Assembly: GCA_035492855.1 (NCBI GenBank)
Contig: DATJIU010000312.1
Span: 2,299-66,298, forward strand
DNA: 64,000 nt
Reading direction: 5' to 3'
Source of the DNA: Dongiaceae bacterium
GTDB lineage: Bacteria > Verrucomicrobiota > Verrucomicrobiia > Limisphaerales > JAFMIX01
The notes under the pieces were generated by a model. That model was not told the DNA's origin. It saw only the letters and a program-made list of their open reading frames with translations, and ran no database searches. Shown in pieces: positions 28,916 through 37,894 of the stretch. Within the stretch, counting starts at the first letter, position 1. Each line of letters begins with the position of its first letter. A program made the translations under genes and the position numbers.

Positions 28916-30274
28916 TTATTCGGATTTCTTGGCCGCGGCAATTTTGGCCAGCAGGGCATCGCGCTCGCTGGTGTCGCCGGTGCCGCAACTGCCGGCGGCG
29001 GGCGCATTGATCGCCGCCTTGGCCTCGGCCAGATGGCCTTTGCCGATGGAAACGCCGTTGTACACCGGCGCGTTACGTCCGGCATAATAAGGCTTGGGCC
29101 GGGCGCCAAAGTTGTATCTGAAATTCTTCCAGTTGTCGCCGGACTGGTAGTTGGTGCCAAGCGCGCCGCTGGGATCGTAACCGCAATGCACCATGCAATT
29201 CTCGCAGCGCGGATCGCGGGCCACGCCGTCCACCACGCCGTACTTGTTCCAGTCCACCTTTGTCAGCATCTCCTGGTAGCCGGCATAATGGCCGTCGGTC
29301 ATCAGGTAGCACGGGGCTTTCCAGCCCTTGATGTTGTAAGTGGGAATGGCCCACGCGGTGCAGGTCAGCTCGCGCTTGCCGGCGAGAAACTCCTGGTACA
29401 CCGGCGTGCCAAAAATCGTGAACCGCTCGCCCCATTCCTGGATGCGCGCAAATTTCTCGCGCGTCATTTTGCGGGTAAGGAAGAAATCTTCCGGCTGCTT
29501 GCCCAGGCGCTTAACCATGTCTTTCTTGGCGGCGTCGTATTCGTAACCGGGCGAAATCGTGTGGCCGTCCACCTCCATGGCGGAGAAGAACTCGAACATC
29601 TGTTCGATTTCTTTCATGTCAGTTTCCTTGTACACGGTGGTGTTGGTGGCCACCTGGTAACCGATAATCTTGGCCATCTTGATGGCTTCCACGCATTCCT
29701 TGAAAACCCCCTCGCGCTCCACGATGAGGTCGTGGGTGTATTCCAGGCCGTCCACGTGGACGTTCCAGTACATCCATTTGCTGGGAGCAATGACCACCTT
29801 CGCGCGGGCGGCGGCATCGGCCTTGCGGATGGTTTCCGCGTCCTTGTCGGTAATCAGCTTCGCCTCCAGCAACTGCTGCAACTGCGGTTCCCAAGCGGGC
29901 GAATAGACGGAGGCCAGGTAGTCGCGCATCTTTTTGCGCATGAACATGCCGTTGGTGCAGATGTACACGATTCGGCCCTGGGTCAGAATGCCGTTGACGA
30001 GTTCCTCGATCTTCGGATAAATGAGCGGCTCGCCCCCGCAGATGGACACCATGGGCGCATCGCACTCCTCGGCCACGGCCAGGCATTTCTCCAATGGCAC
30101 CATGTCCTTGAGCGAGGTGGAATACTCGCGAATACGCCCGCAGCCGGTGCACGTCAAATTACAGGTATGCAACGGTTCGAGCTGCAGCACCATGGCAAAC
30201 TTGGGGGTGCGGCGCAGCTTGTGTTTGATGATGTGTCCGGCGATTTTCGCCGACAGCGCTAGGGGGAAACGCAT
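28916..30274 (-). CDS. hpnH: Adenosylhopane synthase-like radical SAM protein HpnH (with internal insertion and C-terminal tail)
   Basis: LEPLHTCNLTCTGCGRI, ISPGYEYD, FLAGKRELTCTAWAIPTYNIKGWKAPCYL, CENCMVHCGYDPS. Start taken at MRFPLALS (ATG 30274). Confidence 0.8.
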   Translation of the reverse strand: MRFPLALSAKIAGHIIKHKLRRTPKFAMVLQLEPLHTCNLTCTGCGRIREYSTSLKDMVPLEKCLAVAEECDAPMVSICGGEPLIYPKIEELVNGILTQGRIVYICTNGMFMRKKMRDYLASVYSPAWEPQLQQLLEAKLITDKDAETIRKADAAARAKVVIAPSKWMYWNVHVDGLEYTHDLIVEREGVFKECVEAIKMAKIIGYQVATNTTVYKETDMKEIEQMFEFFSAMEVDGHTISPGYEYDAAKKDMVKRLGKQPEDFFLTRKMTREKFARIQEWGERFTIFGTPVYQEFLAGKRELTCTAWAIPTYNIKGWKAPCYLMTDGHYAGYQEMLTKVDWNKYGVVDGVARDPRCENCMVHCGYDPSGALGTNYQSGDNWKNFRYNFGARPKPYYAGRNAPVYNGVSIGKGHLAEAKAAINAPAAGSCGTGDTSERDALLAKIAAAKKSE

Positions 30275-30278
30275 AGGA

Positions 30279-30491
30279 TTATTGGGTTTGAGCGAGCAAA
30301 TGGGCCGGGGCGGCATCCGGCAGCGGGGCGGTGGGCGCCGCCGCGGGAGGATCCGCCTGCATCAGGCCCGGGAGGAAAAAGCTGGCGGGAGAGACACTTT
30401 GGGAGGCGTTGATGCCGCCGCAACCGCTCCCCAGCAATAAAAACAAGGAGGGCAGCGTTGCCAACAATACAGATTTCCAGTTTAATCTCAC
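30279..30491 (-). CDS. Small putative lipoprotein, first gene of the hpnH-hpnJ transcription unit
   Basis: GTG start. Signal plus lipobox LLLGSGC. Ala/Pro-rich tail. Its stop lies 2 nt before the hpnH ATG. Confidence 0.45.
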   Translation of the reverse strand: MRLNWKSVLLATLPSLFLLLGSGCGGINASQSVSPASFFLPGLMQADPPAAAPTAPLPDAAPAHLLAQTQ

Positions 30492-30518
30492 TCAACCTTG
30501 AGTATAAGCCGGTCACAT

Positions 30519-31343
30519 ATGTTCGCAACCCTTAATTCCCAAAACTCTGCGCGCCGCACACTTAAGTGCGCCGGCCCGCGGCTGGCCCGGGCGTTTTGGG
30601 TGGGGCTCGTTGCCGCGTGCATTGTCGCCGGAACGGCGACAGCGGACCAAACGACCCCTGCGGACGACAAAACGCAGTTTCTGCAATGGGCGGAAAAGGC
30701 GTACCTCACGGCCAAGCAGCAGTACGAAGCCAGCCCCACCAACACTGAGGCGGCCTGGCATTTTGGGCGGGCCAGTTTTGATCGCGCCGAGTTTGCCACC
30801 AACGACACCGAGCGCTCCGCCATCGCCGAGCCCGCCATCGCCGCCATGCGGGCTCTGGTGGCGCAAGACCCCAAGCTCGCCGCCGGCCATTATTACCTCG
30901 CCATGAACCTCGGGCAGTCCGCGCGCACCAAGCTGCTGGGCGCCCTGACCCTCGTGGATGAAATGGAAAAAGAATTCAAAATCACCCGCGACCTCGACCC
31001 CAAATTTGACTACGCCGGAGCGGACCGCAACCTGGGCTCGCTGTACTTCGAAGCCCCGGGCTGGCCGGCCAGCATCGGCAACCACTCCCTCGCCCGCAAA
31101 CATTTTGAAGCCGCCGAAAAGCTGGCCCCGGACTATCCGGAAAACCATCTTAACCTTCTGGCCGCCGATGTGAAATGGAATGATACGAAGGGCATGCGCA
31201 AGGAACTGGCCGCACTCACCGAGCTCTGGCCCAAGGCCCAGGCGCAATTCACCGGCGAGGAATGGGCTTCGTCCTGGGCCGACTGGCAGGCCCGCTGGGC
31301 CGATCTGAAAGCCGAGGCGGAAAAATTGCTCGCGCCCAAATAG
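30519..31343 (+). CDS. Secreted TPR-like helical-repeat protein
   Basis: ATG at 30519. Signal-like ...FWVGLVAACIVAGTATA. Helical repeats. Resemblance to the TatT-like family is from memory only. Confidence 0.55.
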   Translation: MFATLNSQNSARRTLKCAGPRLARAFWVGLVAACIVAGTATADQTTPADDKTQFLQWAEKAYLTAKQQYEASPTNTEAAWHFGRASFDRAEFATNDTERSAIAEPAIAAMRALVAQDPKLAAGHYYLAMNLGQSARTKLLGALTLVDEMEKEFKITRDLDPKFDYAGADRNLGSLYFEAPGWPASIGNHSLARKHFEAAEKLAPDYPENHLNLLAADVKWNDTKGMRKELAALTELWPKAQAQFTGEEWASSWADWQARWADLKAEAEKLLAPK

Positions 31344-31356
31344 GGGCCTCCCGTGC

Positions 31357-32229
31357 TTACGCCGGCACCACGGCGGTCCAGCAGGCCGCGCCGAACCGGG
31401 CCTTGAACGGCGCCACGACCGCCTCCGCGGCCGCCTGGTTCCGAAAGAGGGCAAACGTGGTGGAACCGCTGCCGGACATCAGGGTGGCCAGGGCGCCATG
31501 TTCCCGCAAAAATTCCTGGTAGATCATCAGGATGGGATGCTTGTGCAGCGCGGGTGCTTCGAGCGAGTTGTAAAATGCTTTTCCGGCGGCGACCGGATCG
31601 TCCTGTTGCAGCAGTTGCACCAGTTCCGCCGCGCGGCCCGGCCGGCCGTGGAGGGCTGCAGGATAATCCGCCAGCTTCTCGTACGCCCACGCGGTGGAAA
31701 TGCCGAAGCCGGGATGAATGAGCAACATCGTGGTGCCACGCAGGGCGGGGAAGAAATCCAGTGCCTGAATCTTTTCGCCGCGCCCGGTGGCCAGCGCCGG
31801 CTTGGGTTGCAGAAAAAAATTCACGTCCGACCCCAGGGTGGCGGCGAGGGCGTGCAACGGCGCGTCCGCCAGTGGCTGGCCGAACATTTCATTGAGCCCC
31901 AGCAAGGTGTTGGCGGCATTGGCGCTGCCCCCACCCAGCCCGGCGGCAAGCGGCAGTTTCTTTTCCAGATGAATCCGCACCCCGGAACCAATGCCGGCGG
32001 CCTGCAAAAACGCACTTGCCGCGCGGTGCACAAGGTTGCCGGAATCGGTGGGCAACGCGGGGTCGCTGCAGGTAAGTTCAATCCCGGCCGCGGCAGGCGC
32101 GAAAGTCAGCCGGTCGCAGACGTTCACCGGATAAAAAATGGTCTCAAGATCGTGAAACCCGTCAGCCCGCCGCCCGAGGATGTTGAGTAGCAGGTTGACC
32201 TTGCAGGGCGATGTCTTTTCCAGCGTCAT
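31357..32229 (-). CDS. ispE: 4-diphosphocytidyl-2-C-methyl-D-erythritol kinase (MEP pathway)
   Basis: KVNLLLNILGRRADGFHDLETIF, and the GHMP kinase motif LPLAAGLGGGSANAA. Start at MTLEKT. Confidence 0.9.
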   Translation of the reverse strand: MTLEKTSPCKVNLLLNILGRRADGFHDLETIFYPVNVCDRLTFAPAAAGIELTCSDPALPTDSGNLVHRAASAFLQAAGIGSGVRIHLEKKLPLAAGLGGGSANAANTLLGLNEMFGQPLADAPLHALAATLGSDVNFFLQPKPALATGRGEKIQALDFFPALRGTTMLLIHPGFGISTAWAYEKLADYPAALHGRPGRAAELVQLLQQDDPVAAGKAFYNSLEAPALHKHPILMIYQEFLREHGALATLMSGSGSTTFALFRNQAAAEAVVAPFKARFGAACWTAVVPA

Positions 32230-32292
32230 CTCAAAAAAAACGCGCCAACAGATTTCTGCTGGCGCGCGGCTCACCGTCTCAAGGACGGCAAA

Positions 32293-32751
32293 TCAGTTGT
32301 CAAAAATGCGGAACCGGCTGCCCGGGAACCAAGGCGCAACATCGCCACCGCTGAATCCGGCCACCGCGTCATCTTCAAATGCGGAATAGGCGCCGATGAG
32401 CTTGGGCGTGTAGCTGGTGGGATACACCGGCGTGGGGTTGAGGTAATGGGTGGCCAGCGGGGCGTAGTTGTTGTCGTCGCCGTTGGGAATCGGGAAGGTC
32501 AGAATCTCATAAATCCCCAAACCAGTCCGGGCCATGGTGCGGTCAAAGCCCCGGATGAAGCCCACGGTATAGGCCTCGTCGGGAGAATCAAACAGGGCGG
32601 TCTGTTCCATGGTGCGGTTCATTTCACCGCCCCGCACAATTTCAAACGTGTTGTCGATGCCCCGGCCCAGCTTCGCTTCCGGTCCGGCACAGCCAACCGC
32701 AAACAGGGCCAGCATTGCACCTCCCGCGAGAGTCAGAAAAAGGTTACGCAT
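32293..32751 (-). CDS. Lipoprotein resembling the exosortase-system-associated TIGR04073 family
   Basis: Lipobox LFAVGC, KLGRGIDNTFEI..., and GLGIYEILTFPIP. The family assignment is from memory. Confidence 0.6.
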   Translation of the reverse strand: MRNLFLTLAGGAMLALFAVGCAGPEAKLGRGIDNTFEIVRGGEMNRTMEQTALFDSPDEAYTVGFIRGFDRTMARTGLGIYEILTFPIPNGDDNNYAPLATHYLNPTPVYPTSYTPKLIGAYSAFEDDAVAGFSGGDVAPWFPGSRFRIFDN

Positions 32752-32869
32752 AAATTGATTTGCTCGCCAAGAAACTAACCTGATTCGCGACGTTGTAAAG
32801 GGACTTTTCGCCGGAATTTATTTCACCAGCCGGGACGGCTTCGGGCCCAGGGTTCACCGCCGTGCCCAT

Positions 32870-33000
32870 CCCCAAACGAACCCAAACGAACCCAAACCAG
32901 CACGCCGCATAAAACCAACCTAAACAACTTGTCCATGGTATCATATAACTCATCTCTGCTCCCAAAAATTTGGGTTCGTTTGGTAATTTTGGTTCTGGGG
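32870..33000. repeat. Imperfect inverted repeat built on CCCAAACGAA units
   Basis: The left arm at 32870-32898 is ccccaaacgaacccaaacgaacccaaacc. The right arm at 32969-33000 contains tgggttcgtttgg, the exact reverse complement of ccaaacgaaccca. Confidence 0.7.
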
Positions 33001-33042
33001 GCACGGCCTTCAGGAGAAGGGAATCCTTGGGTCTGGCCCCGT

Positions 33043-33068
33043 CGGCTCGCGAGGACGCTCGCCCCACC
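33043..33068 (+). repeat. Dispersed repeat family F1
   Basis: Identical to 19836-19861. Confidence 0.8.
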
Positions 33069-33135
33069 AGTTTCCGGGATACAGTCCCGGTCGTCGGGCG
33101 CAAAAGTGGTTTGATCCGGTTTGATTGGGTCGGAT

Positions 33136-33167
33136 AAGTGCGGAGTTCGGAATGCGGATTGCGGAAT
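33136..33167 (+). repeat. Dispersed repeat family F3 (aagtgcggagttcggaatgcggattgcggaat)
   Basis: Near-identical to the reverse complement of 56727-56758. Confidence 0.7.
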
Positions 33168-33452
33168 ACAATCCCCGGCGCATGCCGGCACCGGCCAACT
33201 GGAGATTCGGTGAAGGTTGAACGTCCGGCGTTTTCTTTGGGTTGAACCGGCAGGATTGACCGGATGCCGGTGCTCCTTGGCTTGGGCCACCGACCCGACA
33301 CTTTACCACTGGAGGCCAAGCGGGAGCGGCACCCGGGGGTTCCTCCGGTTCGCCACCCGGCCCACGGGCCGGTTCTGGTTGCGCTAGGTCGCATACCGGA
33401 GAGCAGTATAGCACAGTGCCGGAAGGCATGTGGTTTAACCATTAACCCAATT

Positions 33453-33482
33453 TTCAATCCCGGCGACTGAGCCGGGATTCAA
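33453..33482. repeat. Hairpin family F4, copy 2 (AATCCCGGC-GACTGA-GCCGGGATT)
   Basis: Same stem core as 9526-9564. It lies about 60 nt downstream of the tatC stop on the minus strand. Confidence 0.6.
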
Positions 33483-33539
33483 TTGCAAGCTACTGCAAGT
33501 CAAATAAAAGCGAAAGCTGTCTGAAGCCAAAAACGGGTT

Positions 33540-34685
33540 TTATTGCCCGCCCGGATGAAAAAAATGTTTTAAACTTTTCACGGCCGGCACGAGCCAATGG
33601 CTGGCCCCAAAGGAGTCCGGCCGGAGATAAATGGCCACGCCCAAAATCACGGCTACAATCAAAACCGCCACGCCGATGATCAGCCACAACTGCCGGCGGG
33701 CCGCGGCCCGGTCCGGCTGCTCCCAGTACCACGCCACCCACACGCTGAACTCGTACAGGCCCAGCAACGGGAACGCCATCAGGATCTGGGTGATGATTTC
33801 CGGCGTGGTCAGGACGGCGCCGAGGAAGAAGCACAGCACCACCACATACCGCCGCGCCCGGCGCAGGGTCTGGTAGTTCAGGATGCCGATCTTCACCAGC
33901 ACCAGCAGCACCACGGGCATTTCAAAGCCCAGCCCCATGCCCAGCATGAATTTGCTGACAAAGCTGATGTATTCCTCCATCCGCCATTGCGGCACGGTGA
34001 AGCCCAGCCATTCCGTGTAGGCCACCGAAGCGGAAAGGGAAATGGGCAGCAGCAAAAAGTAGCAAAACAGCAGCCCGCACATAAACAGCCCCAGCCCGAT
34101 GAACAGCCCCTTGAAGATGTATTTCCGCTCCTTCCACTTCAGCGCCGGAAACACAAATTCCGCAATGAAATACAGGATGAACGGCAGCCCCACCACAATG
34201 GCCGCGTAAAAGGCCACCTGCACCGCCACAATGAAGGCCCCCGCCGGACTCAGGCTGACCAGCGGAATGGCCAGCCCGCCCATTTCATCACCGGTGGCCG
34301 CCTCGGCTTGCACGCCCAGCACCTGGTTGGTGCCCACGGTGATCGGCACCAGGTGGAGCGTCATAAACTGATTGGTGCCCAGATTAAACTGCTCCCGCTG
34401 GTCCGGCGGCAATTGGAAAGTGGAGAGCCGGTTGGTGCCGAAAAAAACGGTCACCACCTGGTTTTTTTTGGGATAACGGACCGGCGCATGGTGCAGCGGA
34501 CGTTCGAGCACGGCCACCACCCAATTGGCTGCCACCAGGCACACCACAAAGGCCACCCCCAAGGTGACCATGGTTTTGATGAGCACCCAGCGGAAATCCT
34601 CCAGATGCTCCAGAAAGGTCTTTACGGGCCCGCCGCCGTCTTCCTCCTCAGAGTACCGGTGGGGATCATCGGAGTAATCGGCCAT
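33540..34685 (-). CDS. tatC: Twin-arginine translocase subunit TatC (enlarged)
   Basis: FLEHLEDFRWVLIK..., 6 TM helices, and TatC-like PEIITQ. At 381 aa it is longer than I recall for typical TatC proteins (about 250 aa). Confidence 0.85.
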   Translation of the reverse strand: MADYSDDPHRYSEEEDGGGPVKTFLEHLEDFRWVLIKTMVTLGVAFVVCLVAANWVVAVLERPLHHAPVRYPKKNQVVTVFFGTNRLSTFQLPPDQREQFNLGTNQFMTLHLVPITVGTNQVLGVQAEAATGDEMGGLAIPLVSLSPAGAFIVAVQVAFYAAIVVGLPFILYFIAEFVFPALKWKERKYIFKGLFIGLGLFMCGLLFCYFLLLPISLSASVAYTEWLGFTVPQWRMEEYISFVSKFMLGMGLGFEMPVVLLVLVKIGILNYQTLRRARRYVVVLCFFLGAVLTTPEIITQILMAFPLLGLYEFSVWVAWYWEQPDRAAARRQLWLIIGVAVLIVAVILGVAIYLRPDSFGASHWLVPAVKSLKHFFHPGGQ

Positions 34686-34769
34686 GGGGGCGGGGCGAAA
34701 AAGCTATATCAATACGGTGGCGGGATCAGGGGTTCTGCTCCAAACAAACCAATAATTCCCAAACCTGGG

Positions 34770-35048
34770 CTAGGCGGCCTTGGATTCGGAACTGCCGGCG
34801 GGCATGGAATTCTGCGGCGTCGTATTGCTGGGGGGCAACGGCTTGGGCGGGGCCGGCGGCGGATTGTCCGCCGCGTTGTGGATCTCGTCCGTCACTTCGC
34901 GCGTCGCCTTCTTGAACTCCCGGATGCCCTGCCCCAGACCCTTGGCCAGCTCGGGAATTCTGCGGGCACCAAAAAAAATCAGGATCAGCGCCAGAATCAG
35001 GACGATTTGGCCGCCTCCCATGTCAAACAGGGCAAACATCGTATTCAT
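34770..35048 (-). CDS. tatA: Twin-arginine translocase subunit TatA/E
   Basis: GGGQIVLILALILIFFGARRIPELAKGLGQGIREFKKA. The start may be 9 nt downstream (MFALFD). Confidence 0.85.
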   Translation of the reverse strand: MNTMFALFDMGGGQIVLILALILIFFGARRIPELAKGLGQGIREFKKATREVTDEIHNAADNPPPAPPKPLPPSNTTPQNSMPAGSSESKAA

Positions 35049-35101
35049 AAATCAGCCTTTGTTTATTGAAGCTACGCCCGGTTTTTTCATTAGTAAAGCC
35101 T

Positions 35102-35131
35102 CAAAAAAAGCGCGGACCAATGGTCCGCGCT
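35102..35131 (-). terminator. Rho-independent terminator of pal
   Basis: AGCGCGGACC-AAT-GGTCCGCGCT. On the minus strand it is followed by TTTTTTT. Confidence 0.8.
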
Positions 35132-35163
35132 TGAAAAACCGGTGTCAGTTCGCCGCAAGCCAC

Positions 35164-35763
35164 TTACTGCGGCGGCGTCAGCACCACAAAATCATCCCGC
35201 CGGTTCATCTTGTAGGCGGCTTCGTCGTGGCCCGGAACTGCCGGCCGGTCCTCGCCATAGCTCACGGTGTCCACGCGGTCGGCGGCCACACCGGCCCGGA
35301 CCAGGTATTCCCGCACCGCCAGGGCCCGGCGTTCGCCGAGCGAGCGGTTGTATTCTTCCGTGCCGCGTTCATCGCAGTTGCCTTCCACCCGCACCGCCGC
35401 CTGCGGATTCTGGTTCAGGTAGGCCGCCACATTGTCAATCTTGGACTGTTCGCCGCTCTTGATGGCCGAGCTGTCGAAGTCGAAATAAACCGTCTCCGCC
35501 TTCAATGCGTCGGTATTCGGAATCCAACCGACGTGACCATCTTTGCTCATTGGGATCGGATTGCCCACCGGGGGAATACCGGTTGAAGTGGTCGTGTTAT
35601 TATCAAATCCAAGGGGCTGAGTCGGCGGCACATCGCCAATGTGTCCGGTACGTGCTCCCGGCAACGGTGTCAGCGTGGCGGGTCGTTTATGGCAGCCCGT
35701 GGTGGCCAGGGACGTCAGCACCAGACCCAGCGACAGAAGGTTAAAAATATATTTCGTTTTCAT
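35164..35763 (-). CDS. pal: Peptidoglycan-associated lipoprotein Pal (OmpA-like domain)
   Basis: MKTKYIFNLLSLGLVLTSLATTGC lipobox. OmpA-C motif VEGNCDERGTEEYNRSLGERRA. Confidence 0.85.
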   Translation of the reverse strand: MKTKYIFNLLSLGLVLTSLATTGCHKRPATLTPLPGARTGHIGDVPPTQPLGFDNNTTTSTGIPPVGNPIPMSKDGHVGWIPNTDALKAETVYFDFDSSAIKSGEQSKIDNVAAYLNQNPQAAVRVEGNCDERGTEEYNRSLGERRALAVREYLVRAGVAADRVDTVSYGEDRPAVPGHDEAAYKMNRRDDFVVLTPPQ

Positions 35764-35786
35764 GTGTTTTATAGAATTAGGAAAAA

Positions 35787-36965
35787 TCATTTCGCCCAAC
35801 TGGGCTGCGAATCGCTACCCGAAATTTGTTTGACATCCTTGACTTGTTTGGTGAACACGTCAAGCAAAGACAATACCCGCCCATTGCCCGTCCGGCGGGC
35901 AAAAACCACCGTCCGCGAGTTCGGGGACCACGAGGGATCCTCGCCTTCCACCACCACCGTGGCCGGACCGCCGGCGGCCGGAATCACGCAAATATTGAAA
36001 CCCCGGCTGTACTGCGAAGTGAACACAATCCACTTGCCGTCCGGCGACCAGTCCGGTTCGGACGGGCTGCCCGCGCCAGCGGTGGAGATGGTCTGCGCCT
36101 CGCCACCCTCGGGCGAAATCTTGCGCAGCACCCGCCGTTCGCCGACCTTGCCGGCAAACAGAATCCACTTCCCGTCCGGCGACCAGCACGGCGAGGATTC
36201 GTCCTGCGGCGAGTGCGTGAGCTCCTTCAGGCCGCTGCCATCAATGTTGCACACCCACAGGTCCACCCAGCCGCTCTTGCTCAGGATCATCGCCACCTTG
36301 CTGCCATCGGGCGAGACCGCGGGGCTGAGGTTGGAGCCGCCGTAACGCGCAAAGACATCACGCGCGCCCGTGGCCAGGTTGTGAAACCAGATATGCGCGT
36401 TGCCCAGCTTGTATGAAACATAGAACAGCGCCAGGTGCCGCGGCACCCAGGTGGGCGCAGCCACGATGGTGTTGTCATGCGTGACCGCCTGGGCGTTGTG
36501 ACCGTCGAAATCGGAGACATACACTTCGCTGTTGGCCCCGGTATCCACCTTGAAAGCGATCTTGGTCTGGCCGATGCCGGGCATGTGGAACACCGCCGAT
36601 ACCACGTCGTCCGCCAGCGCGTGGGCTTGGGTACGGGTGGTGCCACCGGAGTAGGCCTTGGCGAGGAGCGAAGTGCGCGCCGTGCGGTCGTTCAACTGCC
36701 CGTGCACGTCGCCATTATTGCCGCCGGCCAGTTCATATTGTGCGCTGCTATCGTCCACCACCTTGAACCCCTGCACTTCCAGGTCGAACTTCAACACGGC
36801 GGCCGCTTCGCCGGAAAAGCCGGAGAGGGCGATGGGCAGAGGTTTCACCCCGCCGATGACATTTACTTCCCGCGAAATGTTAATCTCCTGTTGCGCGCCG
36901 GCAACGCCGGCCAGCAGGCTCGCGGTAAGAAGGGTCAGAAGCAACAATGGTTTCTTTTTATTCAT
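35787..36965 (-). CDS. tolB: TolB-like periplasmic beta-propeller protein
   Basis: Signal peptide. Repeated SPxWSPDGKxIxF propeller blades. Position between tolA-like and pal. Confidence 0.85.
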   Translation of the reverse strand: MNKKKPLLLLTLLTASLLAGVAGAQQEINISREVNVIGGVKPLPIALSGFSGEAAAVLKFDLEVQGFKVVDDSSAQYELAGGNNGDVHGQLNDRTARTSLLAKAYSGGTTRTQAHALADDVVSAVFHMPGIGQTKIAFKVDTGANSEVYVSDFDGHNAQAVTHDNTIVAAPTWVPRHLALFYVSYKLGNAHIWFHNLATGARDVFARYGGSNLSPAVSPDGSKVAMILSKSGWVDLWVCNIDGSGLKELTHSPQDESSPCWSPDGKWILFAGKVGERRVLRKISPEGGEAQTISTAGAGSPSEPDWSPDGKWIVFTSQYSRGFNICVIPAAGGPATVVVEGEDPSWSPNSRTVVFARRTGNGRVLSLLDVFTKQVKDVKQISGSDSQPSWAK

Positions 36966-37894
36966 CCGAGTAATCGTTTCGCTTTGAGGTTGAAGTTGAT
37001 GTTAAAAGTGCGCTGGCTGTCGGTGACGCCTTCGGGAAAGGGGTGGACAAATTTGATCCGCCGCAAGTCCTGCTCCACCGAACGATCCAGCGACGCGCTG
37101 CCGGAGTTCACAGTGATTCGGGCGGAAATGACGGTGCCATCGCGGGCAATAACTACCTCAATCTTGGCCGTGGCTTCGTCGTCCGACACGTCGGTTGGCG
37201 CAATCCAGTTGCGCTCGTAAACACTCTTAACGATCTGGGCGTAATTGGCAAACGCCGCGCCGCCGGGGCCGGGGGTTTCCACCTCGGTACTGGAGGACAG
37301 GCCCTGCCGCAAACTATTCACAGCGCCATTGATGGCAGCCAGCCGGGCGGCGCGCTCCCGTTGCGCCGCGCGGGCCTGAGCCCGGGCCTCCTTTTCCGCC
37401 GCGGCTTTGCTGATGGCCTGCCCATTGGCAGTCACGGTCTCTTTTTTGAGATCCACCTTTATTGCGGTCTTTTCCTTCGGCTTGGAAGTGGGCTTCTTTT
37501 TGGGCACCTCCAAGTTGGGCGCATCCGGTTTTTCAATCACCTTGACGGGGGTCGGCTCTACTTTCACGGGCGCCGGTTTGGGTTGCTCCACTTGCGGCGG
37601 CGGTTCCACCGGTTTGGGTTGGGGCTGGGGCTGAACCTGGGGTGGCGGTTGCGGCGCCGGCGCGGGGGGCGTAATGGGCTGTGGCGCGGGCGGCGGCGGC
37701 TGGGTGACATTGGGGTTGCCGCCGCCGGAAATGGCTTCATCCACCGCCGTCAGCGGAATCACATCAATCAGCGGTAAATTATCCTGCGCTTGGTCCGGGG
37801 CCGTCAGGAAGCCCGGACCGATCAGCAAAATCAACAGCAGCAGGAGGTGCATGCCCCCGGCGGCGATAACGCATTTTTTTTGCAGCCGGTTCAT
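36962..37894 (-). CDS. TolA/TonB-like energy-transducer protein
   Basis: N-terminal TM, long Pro-rich spacer (PPPPAPQPITPPAPAPQPPPQVQPQPQPKP), and a TonB-C-like C-terminus. Overlaps tolB and tolR by 4 nt each. Confidence 0.7.
   Translation of the reverse strand: MNRLQKKCVIAAGGMHLLLLLILLIGPGFLTAPDQAQDNLPLIDVIPLTAVDEAISGGGNPNVTQPPPPAPQPITPPAPAPQPPPQVQPQPQPKPVEPPPQVEQPKPAPVKVEPTPVKVIEKPDAPNLEVPKKKPTSKPKEKTAIKVDLKKETVTANGQAISKAAAEKEARAQARAAQRERAARLAAINGAVNSLRQGLSSSTEVETPGPGGAAFANYAQIVKSVYERNWIAPTDVSDDEATAKIEVVIARDGTVISARITVNSGSASLDRSVEQDLRRIKFVHPFPEGVTDSQRTFNINFNLKAKRLLG

Noticed and set aside
27455-30262. 935-aa plus-strand ORF opposite hpnJ and hpnH.
   Set aside because: The minus-strand proteins have clear radical SAM/HpnJ/HpnH signatures. 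The plus-strand translation is repetitive Ala/Gly/His/Arg with no motifs.
33290-33450. Possible structured RNA gene, considered because of ...gtgccggaaggcatg... (SRP-RNA-like?) and nearby GC-rich stems.
   Set aside because: It does not match the SRP RNA core (GGUCCGGAAGGAAGCAGCC) or the RNase P or tmRNA hallmarks that I can recall. The evidence is insufficient.
32744-33457. 237-aa, 155-aa and 139-aa ORFs in the tatC-proximal intergenic region.
   Set aside because: They read through several dispersed repeats that are non-coding elsewhere. They have no start context or domain and overlap each other in different frames.
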